Assembly: GCA_036479435.1 (NCBI GenBank)
Contig: JAZGFI010000117.1
Span: 30,615 to 94,614, forward strand
Origin: Planctomycetota bacterium
GTDB taxonomy: Bacteria > Planctomycetota > GCA-002687715 > DRQF01
Reading direction: 5' to 3'
DNA length: 64,000 nucleotides
The notes under the pieces are model-generated. The model did no database searches. It was not told the DNA's origin and worked only from the letters and a program-made list of their open reading frames with translations. Below, in pieces: positions 10,455 to 20,559 of the stretch (the stretch's first letter is position 1; each line of letters opens with the position of its first letter). The position numbers and the translations under genes are program-made.

Positions 10455-11237
10455 CCGGGTGACGAGGTCACTATTGAGCTGGAAACAAGTCAACTTTCCT
10501 TCCTCAACATGGAAGACATGATTCGCATTCCCGCGGGGCCAGCGCTCGTTGGCAACAGGACCGAACCAGCGGAAGCCTATTCGCTTCGTGAAGTCGACTT
10601 CGCTGAATTTTGGATCGACCGCCATGAAGTCACTTGCAGCCAGTGGCGCCACTACGCGCAGCAAGCGGACGCTGCGTGCCCTTGGGGCGAAGACGACCAG
10701 TATCAGGTTGCCTGGAACAGTCTCCCGGTTGTCGGTTTGTCATGGCTTGAGGCTGAGGGCTACGCGAACTTTCAGGGCAAGCGGCTTCCGACTTGGTCGG
10801 AATGGCAAAAGGCCGCCCGTGGCCCCGAAGGATTGGAGTTCCCCTGGGGCAATACTTGGGGCGACTCTGTCGATCAAAGCGCGGTCGTCAACCGCAGGAT
10901 CGTCATCGACGGCGTGTCGCAAGCACTACCCTGGTTCGAGGGGCTTGCCAATGTCGGGACGACACTCGGAGACCAAAGCTACTACGGCGCCATGGATACG
11001 CTGGGGAATGCGCTTGAGTGGACGAGTTCGAGCTTCGTTCACTCCGGCGAGGATGGTCTCGTCATCAACCATGCCGCGAAGGTGATATCTGGCTTAGGGT
11101 GGAAGGACTCAATCGAGAGTATTGCCACCGATGTCCCCGGGCGTCGTCGCCTTGACATGTGTCTTTTTGGCCCCCTCGAGTGGCGGGGTCCCGGATTTCG
11201 TTGTGCAGTTAGTCTCAGTCTTAACGAAGGGAATTGA
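10455..11237 (+). CDS. FGE-sulfatase (SUMF1) domain, in frame with the kinase beyond the TAG
   Basis: IDRHEVT, PVVGLSWLEA, RLPTWSEWQKAARG, FPWG, GNALEWT and GFRC motifs. The frame is open from 10455; first ATG at 10509. Confidence 0.8.
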   Translation, partial: PGDEVTIELETSQLSFLNMEDMIRIPAGPALVGNRTEPAEAYSLREVDFAEFWIDRHEVTCSQWRHYAQQADAACPWGEDDQYQVAWNSLPVVGLSWLEAEGYANFQGKRLPTWSEWQKAARGPEGLEFPWGNTWGDSVDQSAVVNRRIVIDGVSQALPWFEGLANVGTTLGDQSYYGAMDTLGNALEWTSSSFVHSGEDGLVINHAAKVISGLGWKDSIESIATDVPGRRRLDMCLFGPLEWRGPGFRCAVSLSLNEGN

Positions 11238-11791
11238 GTATGGGCGCCGCCATGTATGAGTGGGATCAGATCAACATCGGATATTCGATGCCGGATGTTG
11301 TGGACGCAGGGTTTAGGACTTTCGATGATCGAAGGTCGATGACCGTGGCAGTCCACGACAAACTGCGCACCTACTTCACCGACGAGTTCCCTTATTTCTG
11401 CCAACACGGAGGCGTCATCGAGGTCGCCGAAGAAGGCGGGCACATTGGCTCGGAGAAAATGAGTGATTGGCTCGACACGCAAATTCACAACGGGACTCGA
11501 GAGGAATTCACCGGGCAAAAGATGATCGTGTTGCGCTGTGAACGCGGCGCGGTCGCCTTAGCGATTACAAATCCCAATCAAAACAACATTCCCAATCCCA
11601 ACCCCGGGATCAGTCAGGCTCAAAAACCCAACTACCGTTGGTGCTACCCACAAGGCGGCAAGTGGTACAACCGCGAGGTCTTTCGTTTGCAGGAGAAAGT
11701 CAACGACACTTGGCAAGACTGGAACCTTCCCGTCCAAGGAATCCTGCTTCCCATGATCGCCGTCGTCAGCTGGGAATGCCCTTTCCCTTAG
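11234..11791 (+). CDS. Hypothetical protein
   Basis: 185-aa ORF abutting the FGE stop; no family recognised. Confidence 0.55.
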   Translation: MSMGAAMYEWDQINIGYSMPDVVDAGFRTFDDRRSMTVAVHDKLRTYFTDEFPYFCQHGGVIEVAEEGGHIGSEKMSDWLDTQIHNGTREEFTGQKMIVLRCERGAVALAITNPNQNNIPNPNPGISQAQKPNYRWCYPQGGKWYNREVFRLQEKVNDTWQDWNLPVQGILLPMIAVVSWECPFP

Positions 11792-11947
11792 GACCTAAGA
11801 AGCCTCATTGGCATTGGCACAAGGCTCTGCTGCGCATGAAGGCAGCGAGCTTGCGCCTTTGCCGGAGACTGAGTAAACTCGATAGTCTATGGATCGGGAT
11901 CGTCGATTACGGTCGGCTCGAAAACTGACGAAGGAAGTCAATCGACA

Positions 11948-14035
11948 ATGCGCTCACTTTTCTTGGCACTCGTTCTGGTGGTCATTTTCTCTTGCAGTTC
12001 AGATGGACCAAACATCTACATCCCTGAGGGCGTCTCCCACGGCGACATCCCTCGAATCCACACGATCGGCGATAGCTCCATCATTACTTTTGATGGGACT
12101 GAACAGCACGTCACGATTCCGGTGCGAGGTCGCCACCTTCAAGGAAGTCCCTGGAACGTTTCTATCGTCGGGGTCTCTCCGCTGCGCCTGGGGAAATTCA
12201 ATGGTAAAGACTTCAGCATCGGGGATTTCTTTTTCGTCGTCGATACCTTCGACTACGGCGAGATCGTTATCAACAAGGAGTACTTCGCCAAACGGGGCCA
12301 GAACAACGACCGACTCAACATCGCGATTGGCCTGCATACTTCACCGGCCCGCAAAAAGTTCATCTCTGAGCTCGCACAGCTCGAGAACGGCGGCAAGCTT
12401 CCCACCATTCCGGCTGCGCTCGAGAGGACAGACGAGCTTCAGAAGGCTCTGTGCGAAGTCTCTGGGGCCTTGCCCAAGAATGGAGATATCAAACTCCTCA
12501 ACGCCACGGCCTTCAAGGAAAAAGTGAGTCTCGCAAAGACTGCCGCCGAGAAAGCGAGCGCTAAGGACGAAAAGGCGTTGGCACCTGTCATCCGCAAGAC
12601 TTTCAGTCTTCGCTCGGCGAAGTCTTATCGAGAATCGGATCTGAGCCAGCGCGTCAGTTTCTCCGATCTCAAGGCCTTTCCTCTCAGTTCTGAGACCGTC
12701 CGCGAGCTGTTTGGGGAAGCAACTGATGATGCCTTTTACGTAGTGGCGATTCGAATTCGAAATCCCGGTAAAGAAAACCGCTTCGTGACCACAGGGCTCA
12801 TCTCGGCCCAGGGCTCCGTGGCGATTTTCCCTCGCGACGAAGATTCGGAACCAGTCTTTACGATACCCGTGAAGGTCACCCCGCGCCGAGCGTCTTTGGT
12901 TTACAAGTACGTTGACGATGACAGCCTGGAGCGCCCTCGGGCCTGGTTCTTTAGATCCTTGACCTTTGTTGGAGCCTTGGCCACGGGTTTTGGGAGCGTT
13001 TTCGACTATTCCAAAAACCTCACGCAAGTTGTGAGCCTGTTCACCGGTATTGCCATCCCGGAAGGCGACAAGCTTTGGCCCAATCGAGAGCGGCGCAACC
13101 TCGCGAACATCGTGACTTTCTCTCTTCCAGACTTAGTCAAAGTTCCCGCGATGTCGAGTGCCGGAGGCATCCTCTTTTTCTCCAAACGCGAGCTTCATTC
13201 GTTGGTCAGTGATCCTAGCCATCTGGCCATCAGGAACCGTCGTGGCCAAGGAACCGAGAGCGCCCGTGGTAGCGGTGGAACTTTGGGTCAGTCGAGTCAA
13301 CTCTTGGCGCAGCTCGAGATGGAGTCTTTTGACATCATCTACGAGAAATCAGCCAACGAGGACGAAGCGAGGGCCTTGCGCATTTTGTTCAATCAGATCA
13401 ATGCTGATGCTGTGAGTCGTCGTAACCGGGCGTTTAACGAAGCCCAGGCCGCGGCGGATGTCTTCACGTCGGCACTATCCAATGGAGTTGCGGCTGTTGC
13501 TGATGGCACAGGAAAGTTGTTGATCGTAAAACAGCTAGAGGTTAAGCCGTCGCCAAATCCGAAGCTGCTACCCCACATAGCACTGGACTTGAAACTCACT
13601 GATCTGAAGGCCGCGAACGATGAACTGAAATCCGTCTGGACCGCAATCAAGGCCGATCCCTTCAAAAACATCAAAGATCGATTCAAGACCGCAGTGACTT
13701 CGGTTGATGCACTTGTAAGCGAGTTGGGGCGTGAAACTGAGCCCGGCGCGAGAGGTCGCATCTCAGGGCGGATAGACCGGCAAATCCGAGATATTGACTC
13801 GATCCGGGATGACTGGAAGAACCTCCTACTCCTAAGAAAGGAAGTAGCGGTGACACCGGCTGGTGGAAGCAAAGCCCTAAAGACAACAACTTTCAAAAAG
13901 TCATTGGAGGCACTCGTCAGTGCAACGACAGCCTTTAAGTCGGCGCTCTCGACGGCCCGCGCTGACCTCATCGCTGCATCCAATGCCGCGACCGGCGGCA
14001 AGATTACCGCGGAAGAGTTTGCGACATTGGATTGA
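11948..14035 (+). CDS. Large hypothetical lipoprotein with an internal hydrophobic hairpin and helical C-terminus
   Basis: AAGGAAG RBS, signal MRSLFLALVLVVIFSC, 695-aa ORF. Confidence 0.65.
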   Translation: MRSLFLALVLVVIFSCSSDGPNIYIPEGVSHGDIPRIHTIGDSSIITFDGTEQHVTIPVRGRHLQGSPWNVSIVGVSPLRLGKFNGKDFSIGDFFFVVDTFDYGEIVINKEYFAKRGQNNDRLNIAIGLHTSPARKKFISELAQLENGGKLPTIPAALERTDELQKALCEVSGALPKNGDIKLLNATAFKEKVSLAKTAAEKASAKDEKALAPVIRKTFSLRSAKSYRESDLSQRVSFSDLKAFPLSSETVRELFGEATDDAFYVVAIRIRNPGKENRFVTTGLISAQGSVAIFPRDEDSEPVFTIPVKVTPRRASLVYKYVDDDSLERPRAWFFRSLTFVGALATGFGSVFDYSKNLTQVVSLFTGIAIPEGDKLWPNRERRNLANIVTFSLPDLVKVPAMSSAGGILFFSKRELHSLVSDPSHLAIRNRRGQGTESARGSGGTLGQSSQLLAQLEMESFDIIYEKSANEDEARALRILFNQINADAVSRRNRAFNEAQAAADVFTSALSNGVAAVADGTGKLLIVKQLEVKPSPNPKLLPHIALDLKLTDLKAANDELKSVWTAIKADPFKNIKDRFKTAVTSVDALVSELGRETEPGARGRISGRIDRQIRDIDSIRDDWKNLLLLRKEVAVTPAGGSKALKTTTFKKSLEALVSATTAFKSALSTARADLIAASNAATGGKITAEEFATLD

Positions 14036-14143
14036 GTCTTCTGGGCTCCTCGACCGAGCGAGTGCCGGACTAATCTTGGGTTTTCGCAAATCGGAAACTC
14101 AGTCGCGGCGCGCGAAGCGTAGGTCGATCTCAGCTCGAAAGCC

Positions 14144-15496
14144 CTAGGCGCTGGAGTGGCCGGCGGATTCGTCGCGGAGACGGGCGGCGATGTCCTTTTC
14201 GGACTTTCGGCTTAGTGGTTCTCTAGCTTTGGATGGACGCGTTGCTTTGGTGGCGGTGGGTTCGGAGATTACTTCAAGATCCGCCAAGCCGTCTGCAGGA
14301 GTGGCGGCATCGGGAAGGGGATTGTTGGCACTGGCGCCGCGGCCGATGGCTTGGTTGCCGAACTTCTCGCGGATCTTGTCCATGGTGTGCATGACGCGGT
14401 CGCGGCGATCGTCGCGATCTTCGAAGAGGCTGAGTTGTTCTTCGGAGTGACAGTCTTCGAGGTCGGCGGCGGTGACGCCGATAAGGCGCAGGGGACGTTG
14501 TCGGTCCCAACTGGCTCTTAGCAGGCGTTGGGCAGTTTCTTCGAGGCTTTGATCATCGCTGATGGCGCGCGGCATGCGGCATTGGCGGGTGATGGTTTCG
14601 AAGGGCGGAAAACGGAGTTTTAGACGGATCGTGTTGCCGGCAACACCGGAGCGGCGCAAACGGCGACCGACCTCTTCGCAAAGGGCGGCGATGACTTTTT
14701 GGGCGTCTTGCGGCCGGCGCAGATCTCGTTCGAAAGTACGTTCGTTGCCGATGGTCTTGGCGGCGCGTGAGCTGACGACGGGGCGCGGGTCATGGCCTTG
14801 GATGAGTCGCGAGAAGTGATCCGTGGCAGTATCGCCCAAAAGCCGGCGAAGCAGGCGTTCGGGGGCTCCGGCGAGATCTCCGATGGTCATGATGCCGACG
14901 CGTTCGAGGCGCTGTCGCGTCATCTTACCCGCACCCCAAAGACGCGAAATCGGAAGTACGGCGAGGAACTTCGCCTCTTGGCCGGGCGGCACTTCGACAA
15001 AACCCTTGGGCTTCTCCAGATCTGAGGCGATCTTTGCGACGTACTTGGAGGTCGCGATGCCGATCGAAATCACGAGGTCGGTTTGTTCTTTGACTTCAGC
15101 TCGAAGGCTCTCGGCGATTTGGCGGGCGGAACCAAACAGCCGTTCGGAGCCGGTGACGTCCAAAAAGGCTTCATCAAGCGAGAGCGGTTCGACCAATGGG
15201 GTGTAGCGGTCGAAGATCGCACGGATCTGTTTGGAGACCGCGGCGTATTCGCGCATGCGGGGCGTGACGAAGGCCGCGGTGGGGCAACGCCTGCGCGCGG
15301 CCGCCGTCGGTTGTGCCGAGTGAATGCCAAACTGGCGCGCCTCGTAGGATGCGGCCGAGACCACCCCGCGACGACCCAAGCCCGCCACGACCACCGGACG
15401 GCCCCGCAAAGAGGGGTCGTCGCGTTGTTCGACGGAGGCGTAAAACGCGTCCATGTCGGCGTGAATGATGCGGCGGCTCAAATCCATGTCGCGCAT
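14144..15496 (-). CDS. dinB: DNA polymerase IV (Y family)
   Basis: IIHADMDAFYASVEQ, SAASYEAR, SLDEAFLD and AKIASDLEKP motifs. Confidence 0.95.
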   Translation of the reverse strand: MRDMDLSRRIIHADMDAFYASVEQRDDPSLRGRPVVVAGLGRRGVVSAASYEARQFGIHSAQPTAAARRRCPTAAFVTPRMREYAAVSKQIRAIFDRYTPLVEPLSLDEAFLDVTGSERLFGSARQIAESLRAEVKEQTDLVISIGIATSKYVAKIASDLEKPKGFVEVPPGQEAKFLAVLPISRLWGAGKMTRQRLERVGIMTIGDLAGAPERLLRRLLGDTATDHFSRLIQGHDPRPVVSSRAAKTIGNERTFERDLRRPQDAQKVIAALCEEVGRRLRRSGVAGNTIRLKLRFPPFETITRQCRMPRAISDDQSLEETAQRLLRASWDRQRPLRLIGVTAADLEDCHSEEQLSLFEDRDDRRDRVMHTMDKIREKFGNQAIGRGASANNPLPDAATPADGLADLEVISEPTATKATRPSKAREPLSRKSEKDIAARLRDESAGHSSA

Positions 15497-15497
15497 T

Positions 15498-16184
15498 CTA
15501 TGCCGAGACGGGGTCGATGGTCAGCTCGCCGGTTTCGGCTAGTTTTCGGGCGCGCAGGAGCTCTTCGAAGTTGGGCTTATGAATATCGAATGGCAAATGA
15601 CAACGTACTTCCCCTTCCGCCAGAACAGCCGGGAGGCCGGCTGAGACCAGTTCTGGCCAGGTCCTTTGCGGGCAGCTCGTCAAAAAAAGATCGGGTTCGC
15701 CGGCCTCATCGATCCAAGATTGCAATCGCTCAGAAACCTCTTCGAGCAAGCTCTTCCAATTTTGGAGACGGAGTCTCGATCCGTAGCGGGATTTGCCTTT
15801 GGTCTTTAAGTGGGCGGGTTGAGCTCTGCCTTGGCCCCGGACGACGTATTTCTTGATGACTTTGTGGAGGATGAGCTCACCGTCATCAAAAACGCCGATG
15901 GCGGCGGCACCGGCTTGCAACAGCAACATGAATTCGATGCCGAGGTCGTCAAAGTCTGAGATGGCCTCCAAAAAAGCCGGGGCTTCCAAGTTCGGAAAAC
16001 GGCCCGCGAGCAGGGTAGGCGGGGCGAAAACGATGGTGGCGCCCGCGGCGTTCCGGCCGCGGTAGACAAGGCGCCGGTCGCCGGCTTTTTCCATCGGACC
16101 GTCGGCCAGGCAATTCGCCAAATGATGGGCAGTGTCGTTCCAGGCGAAACGGAGCAGCTTCGATGCGGGTTCGTCGGCGGTCAT
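15498..16184 (-). CDS. VLRF1-family (Vms1-like) release factor / peptidyl-tRNA hydrolase
   Basis: HKVIKKYVVRGQGRAQ...KTKGKSRYGSRLRLQN resembles the Vms1/bVLRF1 catalytic loop. Confidence 0.7.
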   Translation of the reverse strand: MTADEPASKLLRFAWNDTAHHLANCLADGPMEKAGDRRLVYRGRNAAGATIVFAPPTLLAGRFPNLEAPAFLEAISDFDDLGIEFMLLLQAGAAAIGVFDDGELILHKVIKKYVVRGQGRAQPAHLKTKGKSRYGSRLRLQNWKSLLEEVSERLQSWIDEAGEPDLFLTSCPQRTWPELVSAGLPAVLAEGEVRCHLPFDIHKPNFEELLRARKLAETGELTIDPVSA

Positions 16185-16235
16185 ATCTGCTATTGCGGCT
16201 CGAAGTCACATCCGAAAAAGGGCGCTGGTGTAAAG

Positions 16236-17096
16236 CTACTTGGGTGCGAGCGTGCGGGCGGGGTCGAGCGATGTGCGTTTGGCGGCATTCGCGTTGTCTT
16301 GCCCGCGCAAGAGTATACGTTGCCAAGACCCGTAGGTCGGGTTGGGAAGACAATGCCAGGAGTGGCCGAAGCGATGGCGGTAGGCGTCAAACATGGCTTG
16401 CCGGGTCAAGGGATCTTTTTTGACCTTGCCGTTGAAGTCGTTCAGGTCGTCTCCGATCAAGAGCAAGACGCGGTGAGTGTTCGTCACGACCTTGCGCCTT
16501 GAGGTCTTGTCGGAAGTCCAGTCCGGCTGCTCGCCTTTCATCATGACCGTGTCCAACTTGGCGTTGACGGGAAAGCCCCAGCGCAAAAGGTTTCGCCGTG
16601 TGGCCTTCTCAACGTTCTTATCGCGGTTGGTGATGTAAAAGATCTCAACGCCGAGTTGAGCGGCGCGCCGGGCGAAGGCCAAAGCGCCCGGAACTGGCTT
16701 GGCCTTGCCTTCGTCGCACCACTTTTTTCAGCTCTTTGGAGCATAGTTTTCGCCGTCCAAGATCAGGCGAGCTTGGTAGGGTGAATTGTCGAGAACCGTT
16801 TCATCGATGTCCACGATAACGGCGGGGGGCAGCAAAAGTGCGAAGGGCCCCTGTTCCAGCGCTCCAGACCAACTCGGATCGTGCAGTGATTCCTCAAGGC
16901 GCGTTTGGGCCAGCATCCAAAGTTGTTTGCAGATCGCATCGCGCTCGGCGGAGACTTGAAGCCACAAGGTGGCGTCGAGCCCGTCGTGGGCCATCGGGAC
17001 TCTTGGGCTTGGGTGCGCTGAAGGATCAGCATCAAAGTTGAGGCTACTCGCCGCGGCGAAGATACCCGCCATCAAGAAGAGTCTGAGGTCTTTCAT
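16236..17096 (-). pseudogene. Class C acid phosphatase / 5'-nucleotidase e(P4) family with in-frame TGA at 16728-16730
   Basis: VDIDETVLDNSPYQ...YAPKS*KKWCDEGKAKPVPGA...FYITNR...IGDDLNDF...LPNPTYGSW. The two ORFs are in the same frame. Confidence 0.8.
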
Positions 17097-17122
17097 GCTG
17101 GGACTCTATCCCGTCTTTTGCG

Positions 17123-19318
17123 CTAGCCCAAAAGGCTGCGGACGCGGCGGCAAGCGTTCCGAAACCTCACTAGGTCTGCGGCGTCGGCGTCTCGGTTGCC
17201 GTAAAAGACCTGGTCGAGGATCGTTTCGAGTTCTAACAAGGGTGCGTCGAGCTGGGGATCATGGCTCGCCCAGCGAAGGCGGTGCTCGTGCGGCGTTTGC
17301 TGCAGTCGGCGGTGGCGGCGGCGACGTTCAAGTCGTCCTTGGAGAAGCTGATATTCCTCGGCGATGATCCGGCGGGGGTCTGTCTCTTCCAAAGCGGAGA
17401 GCCGTTCCAAAAATTGCTGACGTACTCTTGAGTCTTGGGCATCCGTTAGCGATGTGCCGCGTTCCGTGGCGCGTCTGGCGAGGAAGAGCAAAAAAACTAC
17501 TCCGAATAACAGGGCCAAGTCGGGGAAGAGTCGTAATCCCCAGGTCCCACTATCTGAAGTCGCGACTTCAAGCGGGGCCGGAAGAACTTCCTCGCCGCCC
17601 CGAAGATGGGCTGTCGGGTCAAAAGGCAACCAGCGCCCATCGTCGAGCAAGATCTCTACCCAAGCGTGGGCGCGGGCGTTGATGACCTTGAAGTCCTTTC
17701 GAGCCGGGTCGAACTCGGCACCGGCGTAGCCGCCGGCGATGCGAGCCTGGACGCCTTTTGCGCGGAGCAACAAGATCGCGGCCGTCGCAAAATACATGCA
17801 GTCGCCGCGATGCGCCGAATTCATGAAGACCTCAAAGCGTCGCTCTACCTTGTCAGGTAGCCAGTCCAATTCAGTGTCGTATTTGAAGTTGTCGCGAAAG
17901 TAGGCGCCCAGCTTTTTGATTCTGGGGGCAATCGACGTCGTCGAGCCGAAGATATTGTCGGCAATCAACCTGAGATTGACCTTGAGATGCCGGTAGGAGG
18001 GGTACCCGCGGTAGCGGTCGTCACCGCGGGTCTCGTGGCGAGCGTTCGAGTAGAGCATCGTCGCTCGGTGAGGGCGGTGGAACATGCGTAGGTCGTAGTG
18101 ACTTCCGGTGGGGATGTCCGGCAAATCCGGAGCGAATTCATTGGCCTCTGAGCGGATGTAGGCCGCGGCAGCTTTCGCCGCGCTTGGGGTCACGAAATAC
18201 CGCGTTCGGTAGGGTAGAAAAATCTTGGTGACGACTGGGGACACGATGGTGATGCGCCATGACTCTTGTGGCAGCCGAAGCCGTCGGCGTTCGACCGCGA
18301 TGCGTTCATTGGCTCGCCACTGCTGTCTCTTGGTCCTGATGCCTTCGCGTTCCCATTTGTTTTCGTGAACGAGATACTTGTTGAAGATTTGGGCGCGTAG
18401 CAGCAGGCCTCGGGCTGGAAGATCACTCTTGGAGCCAGGAATGACTTTGCCTTTGTCGTCAAGTCGGGCCAGGCGCAAGGCTAGCCGCTGATCACCGCGT
18501 GCGCTCGCGATTGCGCCGAGGCTCATTTCGTCGTCGAATCCGATCAAGCGGCTGCCGTTCGTGCCCGTTTCCCGAGGACCGTTTTGAGTGTCGAGTTCAC
18601 GGTTGTGGGGGCGGCCTTGCCACAGCGATGGCAAGATCCGTTCGCGATCGGCCAAAAAGGGCAGATCCAAGCGTGGGTAGAGGAACTGAAAACAGATGAT
18701 AAACATCACGGCAACGCTCACGGCAACCGTCAACGCGGCGAACCCGTTGCGTCGAAGATCTAGGCTCGGGCTTTTATTGCGGGGGTGAATATCAAAAAGC
18801 TGATGCCGCGTTTGGGCGGACACCGCCATGCCCAAGACCCACAATGGCAAAAAGATCATGGCATCGGGGCGACGTTCAAGCAGGGCCATGAGAACGAGGC
18901 CTCCCGACAGAAAGTCGAGGAGTCGATAGATGGGCGGCAGAAAGGACAAAAAAGCCAAGCACCAGGTCAAGAGTGCTAATAGCGCTGTCCCCAAAAACAG
19001 CGGCGAATCCGCTGGCGCGGAGTCGAGCATGAGTTCATATCCGGTGTAGCCCAGACAAATGGCCACCAAGGTCACGATGGCCGCCAAGGCAAAGCTCTTT
19101 CGATCACCGCGGGGCCAAGATCTCGAGCGCAGAAAATCAGCGAATGTCACGGGCAGCAACACCCAGACGCCGAGCAGCACCGAGGTCATCCATGGCGCCT
19201 GCACAAAAGAGGCCTGCGTCGAAAACAAGACCGCTGAAGTCAAGGCGAGCCAGTCTGCGGCCAACAAGCAATAAAGGGCGCGGCGGCGGGGGACTTGGTG
19301 TTCGTGGCTGAAGTTCAC
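17123..19318 (-). CDS. Membrane transglutaminase-like protein (TgpA/DUF3488 type)
   Basis: Multiple TMs; GDCMYFATA, AHAWVE and FDPT supply the catalytic triad. Confidence 0.85.
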   Translation of the reverse strand: MNFSHEHQVPRRRALYCLLAADWLALTSAVLFSTQASFVQAPWMTSVLLGVWVLLPVTFADFLRSRSWPRGDRKSFALAAIVTLVAICLGYTGYELMLDSAPADSPLFLGTALLALLTWCLAFLSFLPPIYRLLDFLSGGLVLMALLERRPDAMIFLPLWVLGMAVSAQTRHQLFDIHPRNKSPSLDLRRNGFAALTVAVSVAVMFIICFQFLYPRLDLPFLADRERILPSLWQGRPHNRELDTQNGPRETGTNGSRLIGFDDEMSLGAIASARGDQRLALRLARLDDKGKVIPGSKSDLPARGLLLRAQIFNKYLVHENKWEREGIRTKRQQWRANERIAVERRRLRLPQESWRITIVSPVVTKIFLPYRTRYFVTPSAAKAAAAYIRSEANEFAPDLPDIPTGSHYDLRMFHRPHRATMLYSNARHETRGDDRYRGYPSYRHLKVNLRLIADNIFGSTTSIAPRIKKLGAYFRDNFKYDTELDWLPDKVERRFEVFMNSAHRGDCMYFATAAILLLRAKGVQARIAGGYAGAEFDPARKDFKVINARAHAWVEILLDDGRWLPFDPTAHLRGGEEVLPAPLEVATSDSGTWGLRLFPDLALLFGVVFLLFLARRATERGTSLTDAQDSRVRQQFLERLSALEETDPRRIIAEEYQLLQGRLERRRRHRRLQQTPHEHRLRWASHDPQLDAPLLELETILDQVFYGNRDADAADLVRFRNACRRVRSLLG

Positions 19319-20559
19319 ACCGCAACCTCCAACTCATCGTGGTCGAGCTTTCCGGCGGATATGCGGTAGACGCCGATGCCGCGGCGGCGCGCCCCGGTCG
19401 TAAATCTTGCCGCAGTCAAGATGGCCTTTTCGCTACGACCTTCGAAGACCACCGCGATCACCTGCTGGCCACGCTGGGTCAAGGACGCGAGGGTTGGAAT
19501 CGTCGCTTCATCTGCCATGGAATCTTGGTGAATCATCACGACGGTGAGTGAGCCGTCGTGCCGGCCGGCGAGGAGTTCGCCGATTGCCGCGGAGAGCCTT
19601 GTGGGCGCTGATGGCTCGAGCGGTACGAAGGCATCGAGCCACTCTCTTAGCTTGGCATGGGAAGTTTGGGCCGAGGGGCCGATGCGCCCCGACTGTGAAT
19701 AGACCTCCACTCGACGCGCCGTACGCAGCGCCGTGGCCACCAAAGAGGCGGTGAGGCGAATGGCGTTTTCGAATTGGCCGTAGCGAATTCGCTGTCCGGT
19801 GACGCTGCGGTGTGTGTCGAGAAAGATCGTCAGGTCGCCGGAACTCGGGCGCGCCATCTCACGAACCACAAGGTCGCCACGGCGCGCAGATGTCGGCCAG
19901 TGAATGCGTCTTGGACTGTCGCCGGGTCGGTAGTCCCGCAAGGACCAAAAGTCGCTCGACTCTCCGGGGCCGGCGCGCAGGATTTCGCTGACCGCATGAC
20001 GGGCCGAGCCGGCTCGCTGTTGATCTAATCCGAAGTTGACGAGACTCGGATAAATGATGATCGTCGTAAAAGTCTCGAGGCGGGCCTGAATCTCGAACCA
20101 GCCGAAGGGGTCAGAGATTCGAAGCACGGATGGGCCGTAGCGATATCGCCCGCGAGGTGACAAGCAGCGCGCCTCGTATTGGCGTTCGATTTGCTCTCCC
20201 GCATAGATGCGCTGGGGAAACACGATGTCTTTCTGAGCCCCGTCTTCTGGCGTGAAAATCTCGCTGAAGCGCGGATTCCCCAAGCACCGTCGGCCTTCAT
20301 TGCGAAGCGTTACGCGAATGACGACGAGATCTCCCTCAAAGGCGTACTTCGGTGCCGACTGACTCAAGCTTAGCCCACTGGCGGCTCGGCGCAGCATCCA
20401 ATAAACGACGGCTGGAATGAGGATGAGGGCGAGCCCCATCGCAACCGCGCCTGCGTTCTGCAAAAATAAACCGCTGAAGAAGGCAAGGTTTCCAACGCCA
20501 AAGACTATAGCGCCGCTTGAACAGTTGCTCTTGAGCTCTAATTGCTCACGCTTCGACAT
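19315..20559 (-). CDS. DUF58 domain protein
   Basis: RGRY, DPFGW and LRDYRPGDSPRRIHWPTSAR motifs; member of the MoxR triad. Confidence 0.85.
   Translation of the reverse strand: MSKREQLELKSNCSSGAIVFGVGNLAFFSGLFLQNAGAVAMGLALILIPAVVYWMLRRAASGLSLSQSAPKYAFEGDLVVIRVTLRNEGRRCLGNPRFSEIFTPEDGAQKDIVFPQRIYAGEQIERQYEARCLSPRGRYRYGPSVLRISDPFGWFEIQARLETFTTIIIYPSLVNFGLDQQRAGSARHAVSEILRAGPGESSDFWSLRDYRPGDSPRRIHWPTSARRGDLVVREMARPSSGDLTIFLDTHRSVTGQRIRYGQFENAIRLTASLVATALRTARRVEVYSQSGRIGPSAQTSHAKLREWLDAFVPLEPSAPTRLSAAIGELLAGRHDGSLTVVMIHQDSMADEATIPTLASLTQRGQQVIAVVFEGRSEKAILTAARFTTGARRRGIGVYRISAGKLDHDELEVAV

Noticed and set aside
16728..16730. Genome-wide UGA=Trp recoding
   Set aside because: Many genes end at TGA at their expected C-termini and in start/stop overlaps (selA/selD, xth/SMUG1), and Trp is encoded by TGG elsewhere.
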